From Verrucomicrobiia bacterium (GTDB lineage Bacteria; Verrucomicrobiota; Verrucomicrobiia; Limisphaerales; UBA1319), in the NCBI GenBank assembly GCA_963664225.1, contig OY760937.1, forward strand, positions 480,001-544,000: 64,000 nucleotides of DNA. The letters run 5' to 3'. Position 1 is the first letter of the stretch, and each line of letters starts with the position of its first letter. The notes beneath the pieces were generated by a model, which had not been told where the DNA came from, ran no database searches, and saw nothing but the letters and a program-made list of their open reading frames with translations. Made by a program: the position numbers and the translations under genes. This document shows positions 21,127 through 30,205 of the stretch, piece by piece.

Positions 21127-23220
21127 ATGAAACGCTGCCTGAAATCTCTTGCCGGTCGGGCCCTGACCGCCCTGGCTTTTGGCCTTTGTCTCACCAACAT
21201 GAACGCGAATGAAGGAATGTGGCTCTACACCAACCCGCCCAAGGCGGCGCTGAAGGATAAATACGGGTTCGATCCCGATCCGTCCTGGTACGATCACCTC
21301 CAAAAATCCTCCGTTCGATTCAACAGCGGCGGCTCCGGTGAATTCGTCTCCGCGGACGGTCTGATTCTCTCCAATCATCATGTGGGTGCGGACGCACTTC
21401 AAAAATTCGGCGATGAGCAGCACAATTATCTGCGGGATGGGTTTTATGCCCGCACGCACGAGGAGGAGAAGCGCTGCCTGGATCTGGAATTGAACGTCCT
21501 GATGAGCATTGAGGACGTCACGGCTCGTGTGAACGCCGCCGTCAAGGCCGAAATGGCGCCCGCCGAGGCCTTTGCCGCCCGGCGCTCGATCATGGGGGAA
21601 ATCGAAAAGGAATCCCTCGATAAAACCGGCTTCCGCAGCGATGTCGTGACGCTCTACCAGGGCGGTCAATACCACCTGTATCGTTTCAAGCGTTACACCG
21701 ATGTCCGGCTCGTCTTCGCCCCGGAACAGCAAATCGCCTTCTTCGGTGGGGACCCTGATAATTTCGAATATCCCCGGTTCGATCTCGATATCTGCCTTTT
21801 CCGCGCCTACGAAAATGGCAAGCCCGCACAGGTCGCCAATTACTTGAAATGGAGCACCAAAGGCGTTTCCGATGGCGACCTGGTGTTCGTGTCCGGCCAT
21901 CCCGGCCACACCAGCCGGTTGCTCACCATGGCCGAATTGGAATACCAGCGGGATGTTCGCATGCCTTACGCCTTGAACTGGCTCCATCGTCTCGAAGTCC
22001 TTCTCACCGCCTATAGCGCGCGCAGCGAGGAAAATGACCGGCGTTCCAGGGACCTTCTGTTCGGCATTCAAAACAGCCGCAAAGCCCGCACCGGCATGGA
22101 GGCTGGCCTGATGGATCCTGTGTTGATGGCCCAGAAGAAAGCCAACGAAGCCAAACTGCGCGAAACGGTTTCCAAAAAACCGGAGCTAAAGGGCGCCATG
22201 GATGCCTGGGATCGCATTGCGGAGGCGCAGAAGGTCATTCACGAAAGCGCCACCACGTATAACCTGCTCGAAGGGGGACAGGCCTTTAACAGCACCCTCT
22301 TTGGAATCGGACGCACCCTGTTGCGCGCCGGTGAGGAACGTCCCAAGCCCAGTGGCGATCGCCTGCGTGAGTTCCGCGATTCCGCCCGCGAATCGCTGGA
22401 GCTGGAGCTGTTCTCCGAGGAACCGCTCTATGACGACTTTGAGCAGCTCAAGCTCGCCGATTCTCTGACCTTCCTGGCCGAGCAACTCGGTTTCGAGAAT
22501 CCCATCGTTCAAACCGTTCTGGCGGGCAAATCCCCGCGTCAGCGCGCCTCCGAATTGGTTTTGGGCACCAAGCTCAAGGATGCCGCCCTGCGCCGCAAAC
22601 TTTATGAGGGTGGCTCTGCGGCGGTGGCTGCGGCCAAAGACCCCATGATCGAACTCGCCATGTTGGTCGATTCCCAGGCCCGCGCGCTGCGGAAAATCAT
22701 GGAAAACCAGGACGAAATCAAACGCCAGGCCTACGCGAAAATTGCGGATGCCAAGTTTGCGATCGAGGGCGCCAGTTCCTATCCCGACGCCACGTTCACG
22801 CTGCGTCTGGCCTTTGGCGAGGTGAAGGGCTTCACGGAAAATGGTGTGGCCATTCCTTTTCAGACAACTCTGGCGGGCCTTTATCAACGTTCCGCCGAGC
22901 ACAAGAACGCCGCCCCGTTCGATCTGCCCCAGCGTTGGATCGACCGCAAGTCCAGCCTCGATCTGACCACGCCGTTTAACTTCATTTCCACGGCGGACAT
23001 CATCGGCGGCAATTCCGGCAGTCCCGTCGTCAATCGGGCAGGGGAGTTCGTCGGTATTATTTTCGACGGCAACATTCAATCCCTGGTTCTGGATTACGTT
23101 TACACCGAGGAACAGGCCCGGGCCGTCTCCGTCAACTCGCAATCGATCATCGAAGCCTTGAGAAAAGTCTATGACGCACCGGCTCTGGCCGATGAGTTGC
23201 TGGGTAATAGCGGGAAATAA
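21127..23220 (+). CDS. S46-family dipeptidyl peptidase (DPP7/DPP11-like)
   Basis: ANEGMW, SNHHV, FGGDPDNFEYPR, YPDATFTLRL, DIIGGNSGSPV (catalytic Ser), FDGN. Confidence 0.95.
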   Translation: MKRCLKSLAGRALTALAFGLCLTNMNANEGMWLYTNPPKAALKDKYGFDPDPSWYDHLQKSSVRFNSGGSGEFVSADGLILSNHHVGADALQKFGDEQHNYLRDGFYARTHEEEKRCLDLELNVLMSIEDVTARVNAAVKAEMAPAEAFAARRSIMGEIEKESLDKTGFRSDVVTLYQGGQYHLYRFKRYTDVRLVFAPEQQIAFFGGDPDNFEYPRFDLDICLFRAYENGKPAQVANYLKWSTKGVSDGDLVFVSGHPGHTSRLLTMAELEYQRDVRMPYALNWLHRLEVLLTAYSARSEENDRRSRDLLFGIQNSRKARTGMEAGLMDPVLMAQKKANEAKLRETVSKKPELKGAMDAWDRIAEAQKVIHESATTYNLLEGGQAFNSTLFGIGRTLLRAGEERPKPSGDRLREFRDSARESLELELFSEEPLYDDFEQLKLADSLTFLAEQLGFENPIVQTVLAGKSPRQRASELVLGTKLKDAALRRKLYEGGSAAVAAAKDPMIELAMLVDSQARALRKIMENQDEIKRQAYAKIADAKFAIEGASSYPDATFTLRLAFGEVKGFTENGVAIPFQTTLAGLYQRSAEHKNAAPFDLPQRWIDRKSSLDLTTPFNFISTADIIGGNSGSPVVNRAGEFVGIIFDGNIQSLVLDYVYTEEQARAVSVNSQSIIEALRKVYDAPALADELLGNSGK

Positions 23221-23224
23221 CAGG

Positions 23225-25561
23225 ATGAAAATCATCAAGGCGCTCTCCCAATGGGCAGGGACGGTTTTCATTTGTCTGATCGCCCAGGCGGTTGTTCACG
23301 CCGCGGCGGATCCGCGAAAAAGCATCCAGAACGAGTTCGTAAAGGTCACTTACGATCCTCAAACCCAGCGTTTCGTTCTGTCCGATAAAGTCACCGGTAT
23401 CATTTTTGCCTCGGATGGCTATATCGTCGGCGCGCAGGGGATCCCGAAGATCGTGCCAGTCAAAGATCCCATTTTTGGCCAGGGCCAGGCCATTGAGATC
23501 ACCGGCTCCCGGGAGATTCAGGGTCGGCTCATGGTTTTTCCAAAACTGCCTTTTGCGTTGATTAAGGGGGTTCTCTGCAATCCCACGATCGATCCCATCA
23601 CTCTGAACAAGGTATCGCTCGCCGCAATGCGCATTAATCTGGGTCGTCCGGCTGGCGACTTGAAAACCTTCGGCACAGGCGGGCTCAAGTCGCCGGATAC
23701 CAATTCCGGCAGTTACACCTGGCAGGTCGTTGTGGACCCCGAAACGCGCCGTGGCGTTGTCAGTGGGTGGCTCACCCAGGATCGCGCCAGCGGCGTGTTC
23801 TTTACACCGGTGGAAAACAACCAGGTCGGTTTGCAGGCCCAGGCCCAGTATGGCCGGCTGCGTCTTGAAGGCGGCGCCAGCGCTCCATCGGAGACTCTGG
23901 CCATCGGTTTCTTTCAAGATGCGCGTTTGGGCCTTGAAACCTGGGCCGATACCATAGCCCGCGTTTACACCATCCACCTGCCCAAGCAGCCCACCGGATA
24001 TTGCACCTGGTATGCCGAAAAGCATGGCGGATCGTCCGACGAAAAATCCCTCCGCGAATTGGCCGACTTTGCCGCCACCAATCTCAAACCCTATGGGTTC
24101 AACTTGGTCCAGATCGATGACGGCTGGCAGGCGGGCGACAGCCAGAAAAACGGTCCCAACAAAAATTTCACCCAGCACAATCCCAAAGGGCCGTATCCCG
24201 GCGGAATGAAGGCCACCGCGGATCATATTCGCGATTTGGGAATGACCGCGGGCATCTGGTTCATGCCATTCGCGGGCACCTATAACGATCCCTGGTTCAA
24301 GGACCATCAGGATTGGTTTGTCAAACATGCCGACGGCACTCCCTACAACACGGAGTGGGGTGGCACCTGCATGGACATGACCCATCCCGGCGCGCGCCAA
24401 TATCTCAGCAATTACGTCCAGCGCATCACGCGGGATTGGGGCTATCGCTACATCAAAATCGACGGTCTTTACACCGGCACCGGCACCCAGCAGGTCTATG
24501 TCAACGATGCCTATCGCGAGGACGGCATGGGCGACGCGGTCTTCTCCGATCCCCACAAAAGCAACATCGAGGCTTTCCGGAGCGGTTTGAAACTGGTGCG
24601 CCAGGCGGCCGATCCCGCCACCTTCATCCTCGGCTGCTGTGTCCCTCAAAACATGCGCTCCTACGGTGGCGCGTTCGGCCTCGTGGACGCCATGCGCATC
24701 GGGCCGGACAATTCCGGCAGTTGGAAAGGCTGGTATGGTCCAAGCCCGATTTTTGGCACCCGCAATTATTTCCTCAACGGCCGTGTCTGGTACAATGATC
24801 CCGATCCCGGCTACGCCCGCGCGGGCATCGGCCTCGAACAGGTGAAGTTGATTTTCTCCTGGATGGCGATCTCCGGGGGATTGAACACCAGCAGCGATTG
24901 GCTCCCCGGATTGACCCCGGACCGCCTCGAAGTTCTAAAGCGCACCATGCCCTCGCATGGCCTGTTTGCACGCCCCGTCGATTTATTTGAGAACGAACCC
25001 GCCCGCATGTGGCTGCTCACAGACAAGCGTCAGGCCGCGCGCCGCGATATCGTTGCCATGTATAACTGGCGGGACACCCAGGCCGTCGTCAACGTCTCCC
25101 TGCCGCGCATCGGTCTCACGGAAAGTGACGATTATGTCGCCTTTGATTTTTGGGCCAACATCCTGCTTCCGAACATCCGGGGCCGCCTGCAATGCAACGT
25201 CCCTGCCGATTCCTGCCGGATTCTTGCAATGCGCCCCGTCTCGGATCATCCCCAACTCATCAGCACCTCGCGTCATGTCACCCAGGGAATGGTCGATGTC
25301 ACCGAAGAAAAATGGTCTCCACTGGGCAAATCCCTGAGCGCGCGCAGCCAGGTCGTTGGGAACGATCCCTATGAACTGCGCATTGTCACCGAGGGCAGGG
25401 GAGTCGCATGGACCATCAAATCCGTTCAAATCTCCGCAGCGGACAAGGCGGCGGGTGTGACGGCCGATTTCCAACAAACCGACGATCTGGCCCGAATCAC
25501 CATTCACTCCCAGGACTCCCGCACCGTGTCCTGGAAACTCCAGTTCACCGCCGCCAAATAG
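23225..25561 (+). CDS. Secreted clan-D glycoside hydrolase (GH27/GH36 alpha-galactosidase-like)
   Basis: GYCTWY, QIDDGW, YIKID, MRIGPD, NDPD motifs; signal peptide. Confidence 0.88.
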   Translation: MKIIKALSQWAGTVFICLIAQAVVHAAADPRKSIQNEFVKVTYDPQTQRFVLSDKVTGIIFASDGYIVGAQGIPKIVPVKDPIFGQGQAIEITGSREIQGRLMVFPKLPFALIKGVLCNPTIDPITLNKVSLAAMRINLGRPAGDLKTFGTGGLKSPDTNSGSYTWQVVVDPETRRGVVSGWLTQDRASGVFFTPVENNQVGLQAQAQYGRLRLEGGASAPSETLAIGFFQDARLGLETWADTIARVYTIHLPKQPTGYCTWYAEKHGGSSDEKSLRELADFAATNLKPYGFNLVQIDDGWQAGDSQKNGPNKNFTQHNPKGPYPGGMKATADHIRDLGMTAGIWFMPFAGTYNDPWFKDHQDWFVKHADGTPYNTEWGGTCMDMTHPGARQYLSNYVQRITRDWGYRYIKIDGLYTGTGTQQVYVNDAYREDGMGDAVFSDPHKSNIEAFRSGLKLVRQAADPATFILGCCVPQNMRSYGGAFGLVDAMRIGPDNSGSWKGWYGPSPIFGTRNYFLNGRVWYNDPDPGYARAGIGLEQVKLIFSWMAISGGLNTSSDWLPGLTPDRLEVLKRTMPSHGLFARPVDLFENEPARMWLLTDKRQAARRDIVAMYNWRDTQAVVNVSLPRIGLTESDDYVAFDFWANILLPNIRGRLQCNVPADSCRILAMRPVSDHPQLISTSRHVTQGMVDVTEEKWSPLGKSLSARSQVVGNDPYELRIVTEGRGVAWTIKSVQISAADKAAGVTADFQQTDDLARITIHSQDSRTVSWKLQFTAAK

Positions 25562-25574
25562 CCACTGCTCCCAT

Positions 25575-26266
25575 TGCGCCGGTCTTCGGACCGGCTTTCT
25601 AAAACACCGGGCGCATCCCTTCCAGTATCGCAGTCGGTGCGCCGGTCTCCAGACCGGCTTACGGTATGCGTGAATCTAACGTTTTCAAATGCGCCGCGAA
25701 CCCCGCATGCCGCTGTTTTCGGTGCTCCGGTCTCCAGACCGGCTTACGGTATTCGTGAATCCAACGTTTTCAAATCCGCCCCGATCCCCGCATGACGCTG
25801 TCCCCGTTGCGCCGGTCTCCGGACCGGCTTACGGCATTCGTGAATCCAACGTTTTCAAATCCGCCCCGAACCCCGCATGCCGCTGTTTTCGGTGCGCCGG
25901 TCTCCGGACCGGCTTACGGTATTTGTGAATCCAACGTTATCAAATGCGCCGCGAACCCCGCACGCTGCTGTCCCCGGAGCGCCGGTCTCCAGACCGGCTT
26001 ACGGTATTCGTGAATCCAACGTTTTCAAATGCGCCGCGAACCCCGCACGCCGCTGTCCCCCGGAGCGCCGGTCTCCAGACCGGCTTACGGTATTCGTGAA
26101 TCCAACGTTTCCAAATGCGCCGCGAACCCCGCACGCCGCTGTATCCGGTGCGCCGGTATCCAGACCGGCTTACGGCATTCGTGAATCCAACGTTTTCAAA
26201 TCCGCCGCGAACCCCGCATGACGCTGTCCCCGGAGTGCCGGTCTCCAGACCGCCTTTCTAAAACAT
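25575..26266. repeat. Tandem array of 85-bp units with the palindrome GCCGGTC-TCCA-GACCGGC (REP/BIME-like)
   Basis: Palindrome starts at 25641, 25726, 25811, 25896, 25981, 26067, 26152, 26237 (period 85, once 86), plus a leading variant at 25578. Confidence 0.95.
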
Positions 26267-26394
26267 CCTGACCGGCTACCCGGAACGGGTTGCAATCACT
26301 CAGCCCCGGGTTGGCCGCCGGGGCCTACCCGGGGTAATCGCCCCCTGAAATTCCCAACACTGTAAGTGTTGACTGGAGTTTGGCCCCCTTACGA

Positions 26395-27840
26395 TCAGTT
26401 AAGACTTAGAAAGATGGCGGCTTCTAGTGGTGGATCGCATTTTCTGCCGTTCTGGGTGGGAATGGTATTTGATGAGAGCGGCAGAAAATGGGTGGTTAGG
26501 GCTGTAGCCCAAAGTTCATAACGCAATTGCGTGATTAATTCGTTGGTTGTGGCTCTCTGGCCGGGCTTACGTTTGTACCAGCACGGGCGTTTGAAGGTCT
26601 CCGGCTGGCCGTCGGCACCGTAGGTTTTGACGGCGCCCAGGAGCAGTAGCGCGTAGGCTGCCACGGCCAGCGCCGGGGCATTCTGATTGGAAGCCTCGGA
26701 CCGAACCTGGGCCTGTCCGACCCCCAGAAGAGTTTTCTCATCCCGGAAGTTGACTTCGATATCCCATCGCCAGAGATAAAACTGCACCACCTTTTCCAGG
26801 GGCAGATTCAGATCAGTGCAGATGAGAAAAGCCGGTTCGCGCCGTTCCAGCTTGCTGGACCTGGTACGGCGGTAAGCCACCGGCTCGATGACGACCAGAC
26901 GCAGGGAGTGGCCGGCCTTGTCCATCTGCGAGTAGACGGGCGCCAGGGTTTTGACCCGGAACTGGTAGCGTTTGCCTGCCGCAAAGGCCTCCACGGTTTG
27001 CCAGGGTTGGGCCGGGTCCTTGAGCAGTTGTTCCGGCGTGGGGCAGTGGGCCCCATACTTGCGTTTGCGGCCGTGCGCGGCCTGCCCTGTCGGGGGAAAG
27101 TAAAAGGCCGAGTCCTTGCGCACGCGGCCAATGAGGGTGGTCCGCTCCGGAATCTGCCCCAGAACGGTGCCATTGGTGAAGCGGCCATCGAGGGTGGCAA
27201 TCAGCGGCCGCTGGCTCGAACCGCTTTGATCCATTTGCCGGCGCATGTGGGTCAGGCGATTGCGGCCCGCCACATTGATATTCATTTTGGCCCGTTGCTC
27301 CCGGTAGGCGGCCCAGCGCTCTGGCGCGGCATCCTTGCGCGGCTTGGCGGGCAGGGCCGCATGCTGGAAGTCCACCGGAATCATCCGTGCCGCCCCTTGT
27401 GAGCCCAGCGGCACGGCCGCAGAAATCTGCAGGACCCGCAGACCCCGGACAAAGTTGACCTGGAATGGGGGGCTCAAGGGATCACGCTGAAAACGGGAGC
27501 CAAAGATGCGCGGACCGGTTTTGCGCAAGAGCGAGTCGTCCATGGCCACGACCAGAGGATCCTTGGACGGGAAGTCCTGCTCGATTTGGGCGCGGATCCG
27601 GTCGAAAACCCAGTCCTCGTCGAAATGATCCTCGGAATAGAAGCGGTAATCGGCCGTCCAATCCTGTTGGGTGCGGTTTTGATTGCGCAAGAGCCCTGTA
27701 ATGGTGTGGCGGCCGAAGCACACCAACTGGGAAAGCAGATGGCGGCGGCCCCGAGCCCAGGCCTGCGGGGAAGAGAAGCCGGGAGCACATAGATCGATCA
27801 GCTCCTCGATTTGGTCGAGGAGGGAGGCGTTTTTTTTAAA
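26395..27840 (-). CDS. DDE transposase domain (OrfB), probably reached by -1 frameshift from OrfA
   Basis: VAMDDSLLRKTG, TLDGRF, YLWRWDIEVNFRDEK (YREK-like) motifs. Confidence 0.88.
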   Translation of the reverse strand, partial: FKKNASLLDQIEELIDLCAPGFSSPQAWARGRRHLLSQLVCFGRHTITGLLRNQNRTQQDWTADYRFYSEDHFDEDWVFDRIRAQIEQDFPSKDPLVVAMDDSLLRKTGPRIFGSRFQRDPLSPPFQVNFVRGLRVLQISAAVPLGSQGAARMIPVDFQHAALPAKPRKDAAPERWAAYREQRAKMNINVAGRNRLTHMRRQMDQSGSSQRPLIATLDGRFTNGTVLGQIPERTTLIGRVRKDSAFYFPPTGQAAHGRKRKYGAHCPTPEQLLKDPAQPWQTVEAFAAGKRYQFRVKTLAPVYSQMDKAGHSLRLVVIEPVAYRRTRSSKLERREPAFLICTDLNLPLEKVVQFYLWRWDIEVNFRDEKTLLGVGQAQVRSEASNQNAPALAVAAYALLLLGAVKTYGADGQPETFKRPCWYKRKPGQRATTNELITQLRYELWATALTTHFLPLSSNTIPTQNGRKCDPPLEAAIFLSLN

Positions 27841-28022
27841 GCGACCGGGTTGGGGGGGACCTGGTCGCGCGAGAGAATGAGGTGACCTTTGTCGGCAATG
27901 GTCCACCGGACATCCTCTCCCTTGTCGAAATCCATGGCCTGGGCGATGGCGGAGGGGAAGTTGATGTACCATTGCTGGCTTTGCTTGCGTTGGATGAGCT
28001 GGACTTTAGTTGGATAACCCAT
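27798..28022 (-). CDS. IS OrfA, AbrB/MazE/SpoVT-like DNA-binding protein
   Basis: MGYPTKVQLIQRKQSQQWYINFPSAIAQAMDFDKGEDVRWTIADKGHLILSR fits the swapped-hairpin pattern (I..P..I...M....GE.V.W....LIL). Confidence 0.72.
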   Translation of the reverse strand: MGYPTKVQLIQRKQSQQWYINFPSAIAQAMDFDKGEDVRWTIADKGHLILSRDQVPPNPVALKKTPPSSTKSRS

Positions 28023-28440
28023 AGTGGCCATATCTAGTCACATAACTAGACCACGCGCAACAAAATAATAATCCCACCAGCGGTTTGTCTAGTCCGGGGC
28101 CAAACTCCAGCCAACACTGTAAGTGTTGAATCAAAACCACACGCCGTGCAATCCGTCTCCAAAGGTCAGGCCATTCGGCGGTCCTGGCGGGAAGCTTGGT
28201 GAACTAAAATCCATCGAGCGAGGTGCCCGCGCCAGGCCACCATGGCGAAGCGCAAGTCATCCGATGCTTCAATGCGTAGCCCTTTCAATGGGAATCGAGA
28301 TCTTGGATGTCTTGCGCGGCTCCGGACTGGCTTGTCCTGCTCGGGGATGCATAGGATTCCGGGACAGACAATTTTGGGTCACAATGCTAAAAAACGAACC
28401 AAATAATGGGTGAACTTTTTTACGAACAACTTCAAGTGAT

Positions 28441-29139
28441 TTAGCCCTGCAGTGACGACTCCCCTTCGGTTTCGGGATGACGTGGCGACAACGTGGGGAC
28501 ATCGTTCGCCGCAGCGTCAGGTTCAACATAATTTTCCGCATAAGCCTTTGCGATTGCAGTAACGAGCATTATGGCAAAAACGTTCAGAAACACATCCATG
28601 GCGTCAGAAGCAAGATTTGCCATGGCTGAATGCACGTATCCTTGTGCGTTGTTTTCCCGCAGGGCAAGCCTCATTGCGAGCCTCCCAAGGGAGTTGGACA
28701 CGAGCCAGAGAAACCACCACCAGCCAAGTATCGAGCTGCCGTTTTCCCCGCCACGATGCGCCACCAACCAAATCTCTTTCATTGCCTGGTAGGGTTTGAA
28801 GAGGTTCGCAATTGGAATGAAGTACCAACCGATGGACCAGCCGGGGCTAAAGTCCATTGGAACCGAGGAGAGGATGCGAAGATTTTTGTTTGCTCGATAT
28901 ATCCAACGGAGAAACGTGATTCCAATAAAGATCGCCAGAGGGAACTGGAGGAGCCCCATAACCGCGTTCGCAATGTCAGAGGTGAGCAACGTTTCTTCGA
29001 CTTCCATGTTGGGGGCGAGATTGGAGTATTCAAACCAACCGTAAAAATCGGCCGGAATAGCCAAAGCCAATAGTCCGATTTGGACTTTAAGTAGAAAGAC
29101 TAGTAGCCGCGTGAGTTTTGCAAGGGGTTTGAATCTCAT
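28441..29139 (-). CDS. DUF4328-like membrane protein
   Basis: FLRWIYRANKNL..FSPGWSIGWYFIPIANLFKPYQAMKEIW..WWWFLW. Confidence 0.85.
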   Translation of the reverse strand: MRFKPLAKLTRLLVFLLKVQIGLLALAIPADFYGWFEYSNLAPNMEVEETLLTSDIANAVMGLLQFPLAIFIGITFLRWIYRANKNLRILSSVPMDFSPGWSIGWYFIPIANLFKPYQAMKEIWLVAHRGGENGSSILGWWWFLWLVSNSLGRLAMRLALRENNAQGYVHSAMANLASDAMDVFLNVFAIMLVTAIAKAYAENYVEPDAAANDVPTLSPRHPETEGESSLQG

Positions 29140-29180
29140 TTCACGTCATGGATTAAGCTTTTAAAGGTGTATCGATCACT

Positions 29181-29356
29181 TTCCATGTTCTGATTTATTC
29201 CCAAACCAGCCTCCAGACCTGTGCCCACCCGGACCAATCAAGGCCATCCAATATAATTTGGCCTATGGCTTGGCCGTTCTCATGGCAATCGCATCGTTGA
29301 CAATCAATGCAGCCTGTTCCCAAAACACCGCCTTGGCAACAGGAACTTTTCCGCCC
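29181..29356. repeat. Dispersed non-coding repeat, copy 1
   Basis: Aligns by eye with 29843-30018 (offset 662) and 36608-36760. Confidence 0.92.
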
Positions 29357-29366
29357 TCTGGCTTGC

Positions 29367-29564
29367 GGGTGCAGGACAAAATTCTTCAGGAAATCCCAAA
29401 AGCCCTTAAAACGCCATAAAAGTATATAGGGAGAATTGCCTCGCTCAACCGTATGAAACGGACGCGCGATCTTCTCTCTCGCCCAGCGAGACACGAGCAA
29501 GAGAGCCGGAGAGAGTTTCATTAAGAGTCCTTCCTTTTTCACCGAAGAATTTTGTCATGCACCT
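29367..29564. mobile_element. MITE or internally deleted IS, 198 bp
   Basis: Imperfect 21-bp IRs gggtgcaggacaaaattcttc / gaagaattttgtcatgcacct; 9-bp direct repeat ctggcttgc at 29358-29366 and 29565-29573. Confidence 0.8.
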
Positions 29565-29842
29565 CTGGCTTGCTTTCCCATTCCTTCGTCCGTCAACCCT
29601 ACGCGGCGGCACTTTCCAAATCATCCAATCGTCCAGAAAATGCGAAAAAGTCCTCCCTCTCCGCTCTGGGGACCACGATGCGCGAAGCGCACATCCCTTA
29701 TTGGGCTACCAACTCGTGGCGGGCTTGGGAAGCCATTGGGTCGGGGTGAGGTGGCTTTTCGGGTCCATTCCACCCTAATTCTCCGCGTTCTCCTCGGCTC
29801 CGCGTGATACATTTTCCCGCCCATTAGCGCTCATCGTTTAAT

Positions 29843-30018
29843 TTTCATGTCCCGATTTCTTCCCAAACCAGCCTCCAGACCTGTGCCCACCCGGACCAAT
29901 CAAGGCCATCCAACATGATTTGGCCTTTGGTTTGGCCGTCCTCATGGCAATCACGTCGTTGACAACAAACGCACTCTGCTACCCAAACACCGCCTTGGCA
30001 ACAGGTAAATTGCCGCCC
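29843..30018. repeat. Dispersed non-coding repeat, copy 2
   Basis: Same orientation as copies 1 and 3; invariant gccttggcaacagg and cccggaccaatc blocks. Confidence 0.92.
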
Positions 30019-30205
30019 GCACCCCGCTTTTTTTCTATGAGATCTTCGATCTTTGCGGTTAAGTCCCCCTTTTCCCTCCCGTCCTGACCGCATTCGCGAA
30101 TCTCTTCGTTTATTTGTTTGTCTCGGCGCGCGGTTTTTATTAGAATATCTTAAATTCGGAATGGGGGCTGCGTATGAAATATCCTTTATTATTTCGGAGG
30201 ACCTC

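Larger units (their letters stand above)
26373..28110 (-). mobile_element. Complete 1738-bp insertion sequence with DDE transposase (IS701/IS4-like)
   Basis: Perfect 15-bp terminal IRs ctggagtttggcccc (26373-26387) and ggggccaaactccag (28096-28110); identical 19-bp flanking repeats ccaacactgtaagtgttga at 26354-26372 and 28111-28129. Confidence 0.95.

Noticed and set aside
25574..26221. Repetitive ORFs across the 85-bp array
   Set aside because: The period is not a multiple of three and all frames give similar short products; they are by-products of the repeat.
25575..26266. CRISPR array
   Set aside because: Sequences between the palindromes are near-identical rather than unique spacers, and no cas genes are present in the window.
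27841..27972. Independent ATG start of a 525-aa transposase
   Set aside because: This stretch is the -1 reading of OrfA, has no clear RBS and looks non-protein-like; frameshift fusion explains it better.
29330..29343. tRNA-Gly(GCC) fragment (TTGCCAA on the minus strand) in the repeat core
   Set aside because: No anticodon stem, T-arm or acceptor stem surrounds it.
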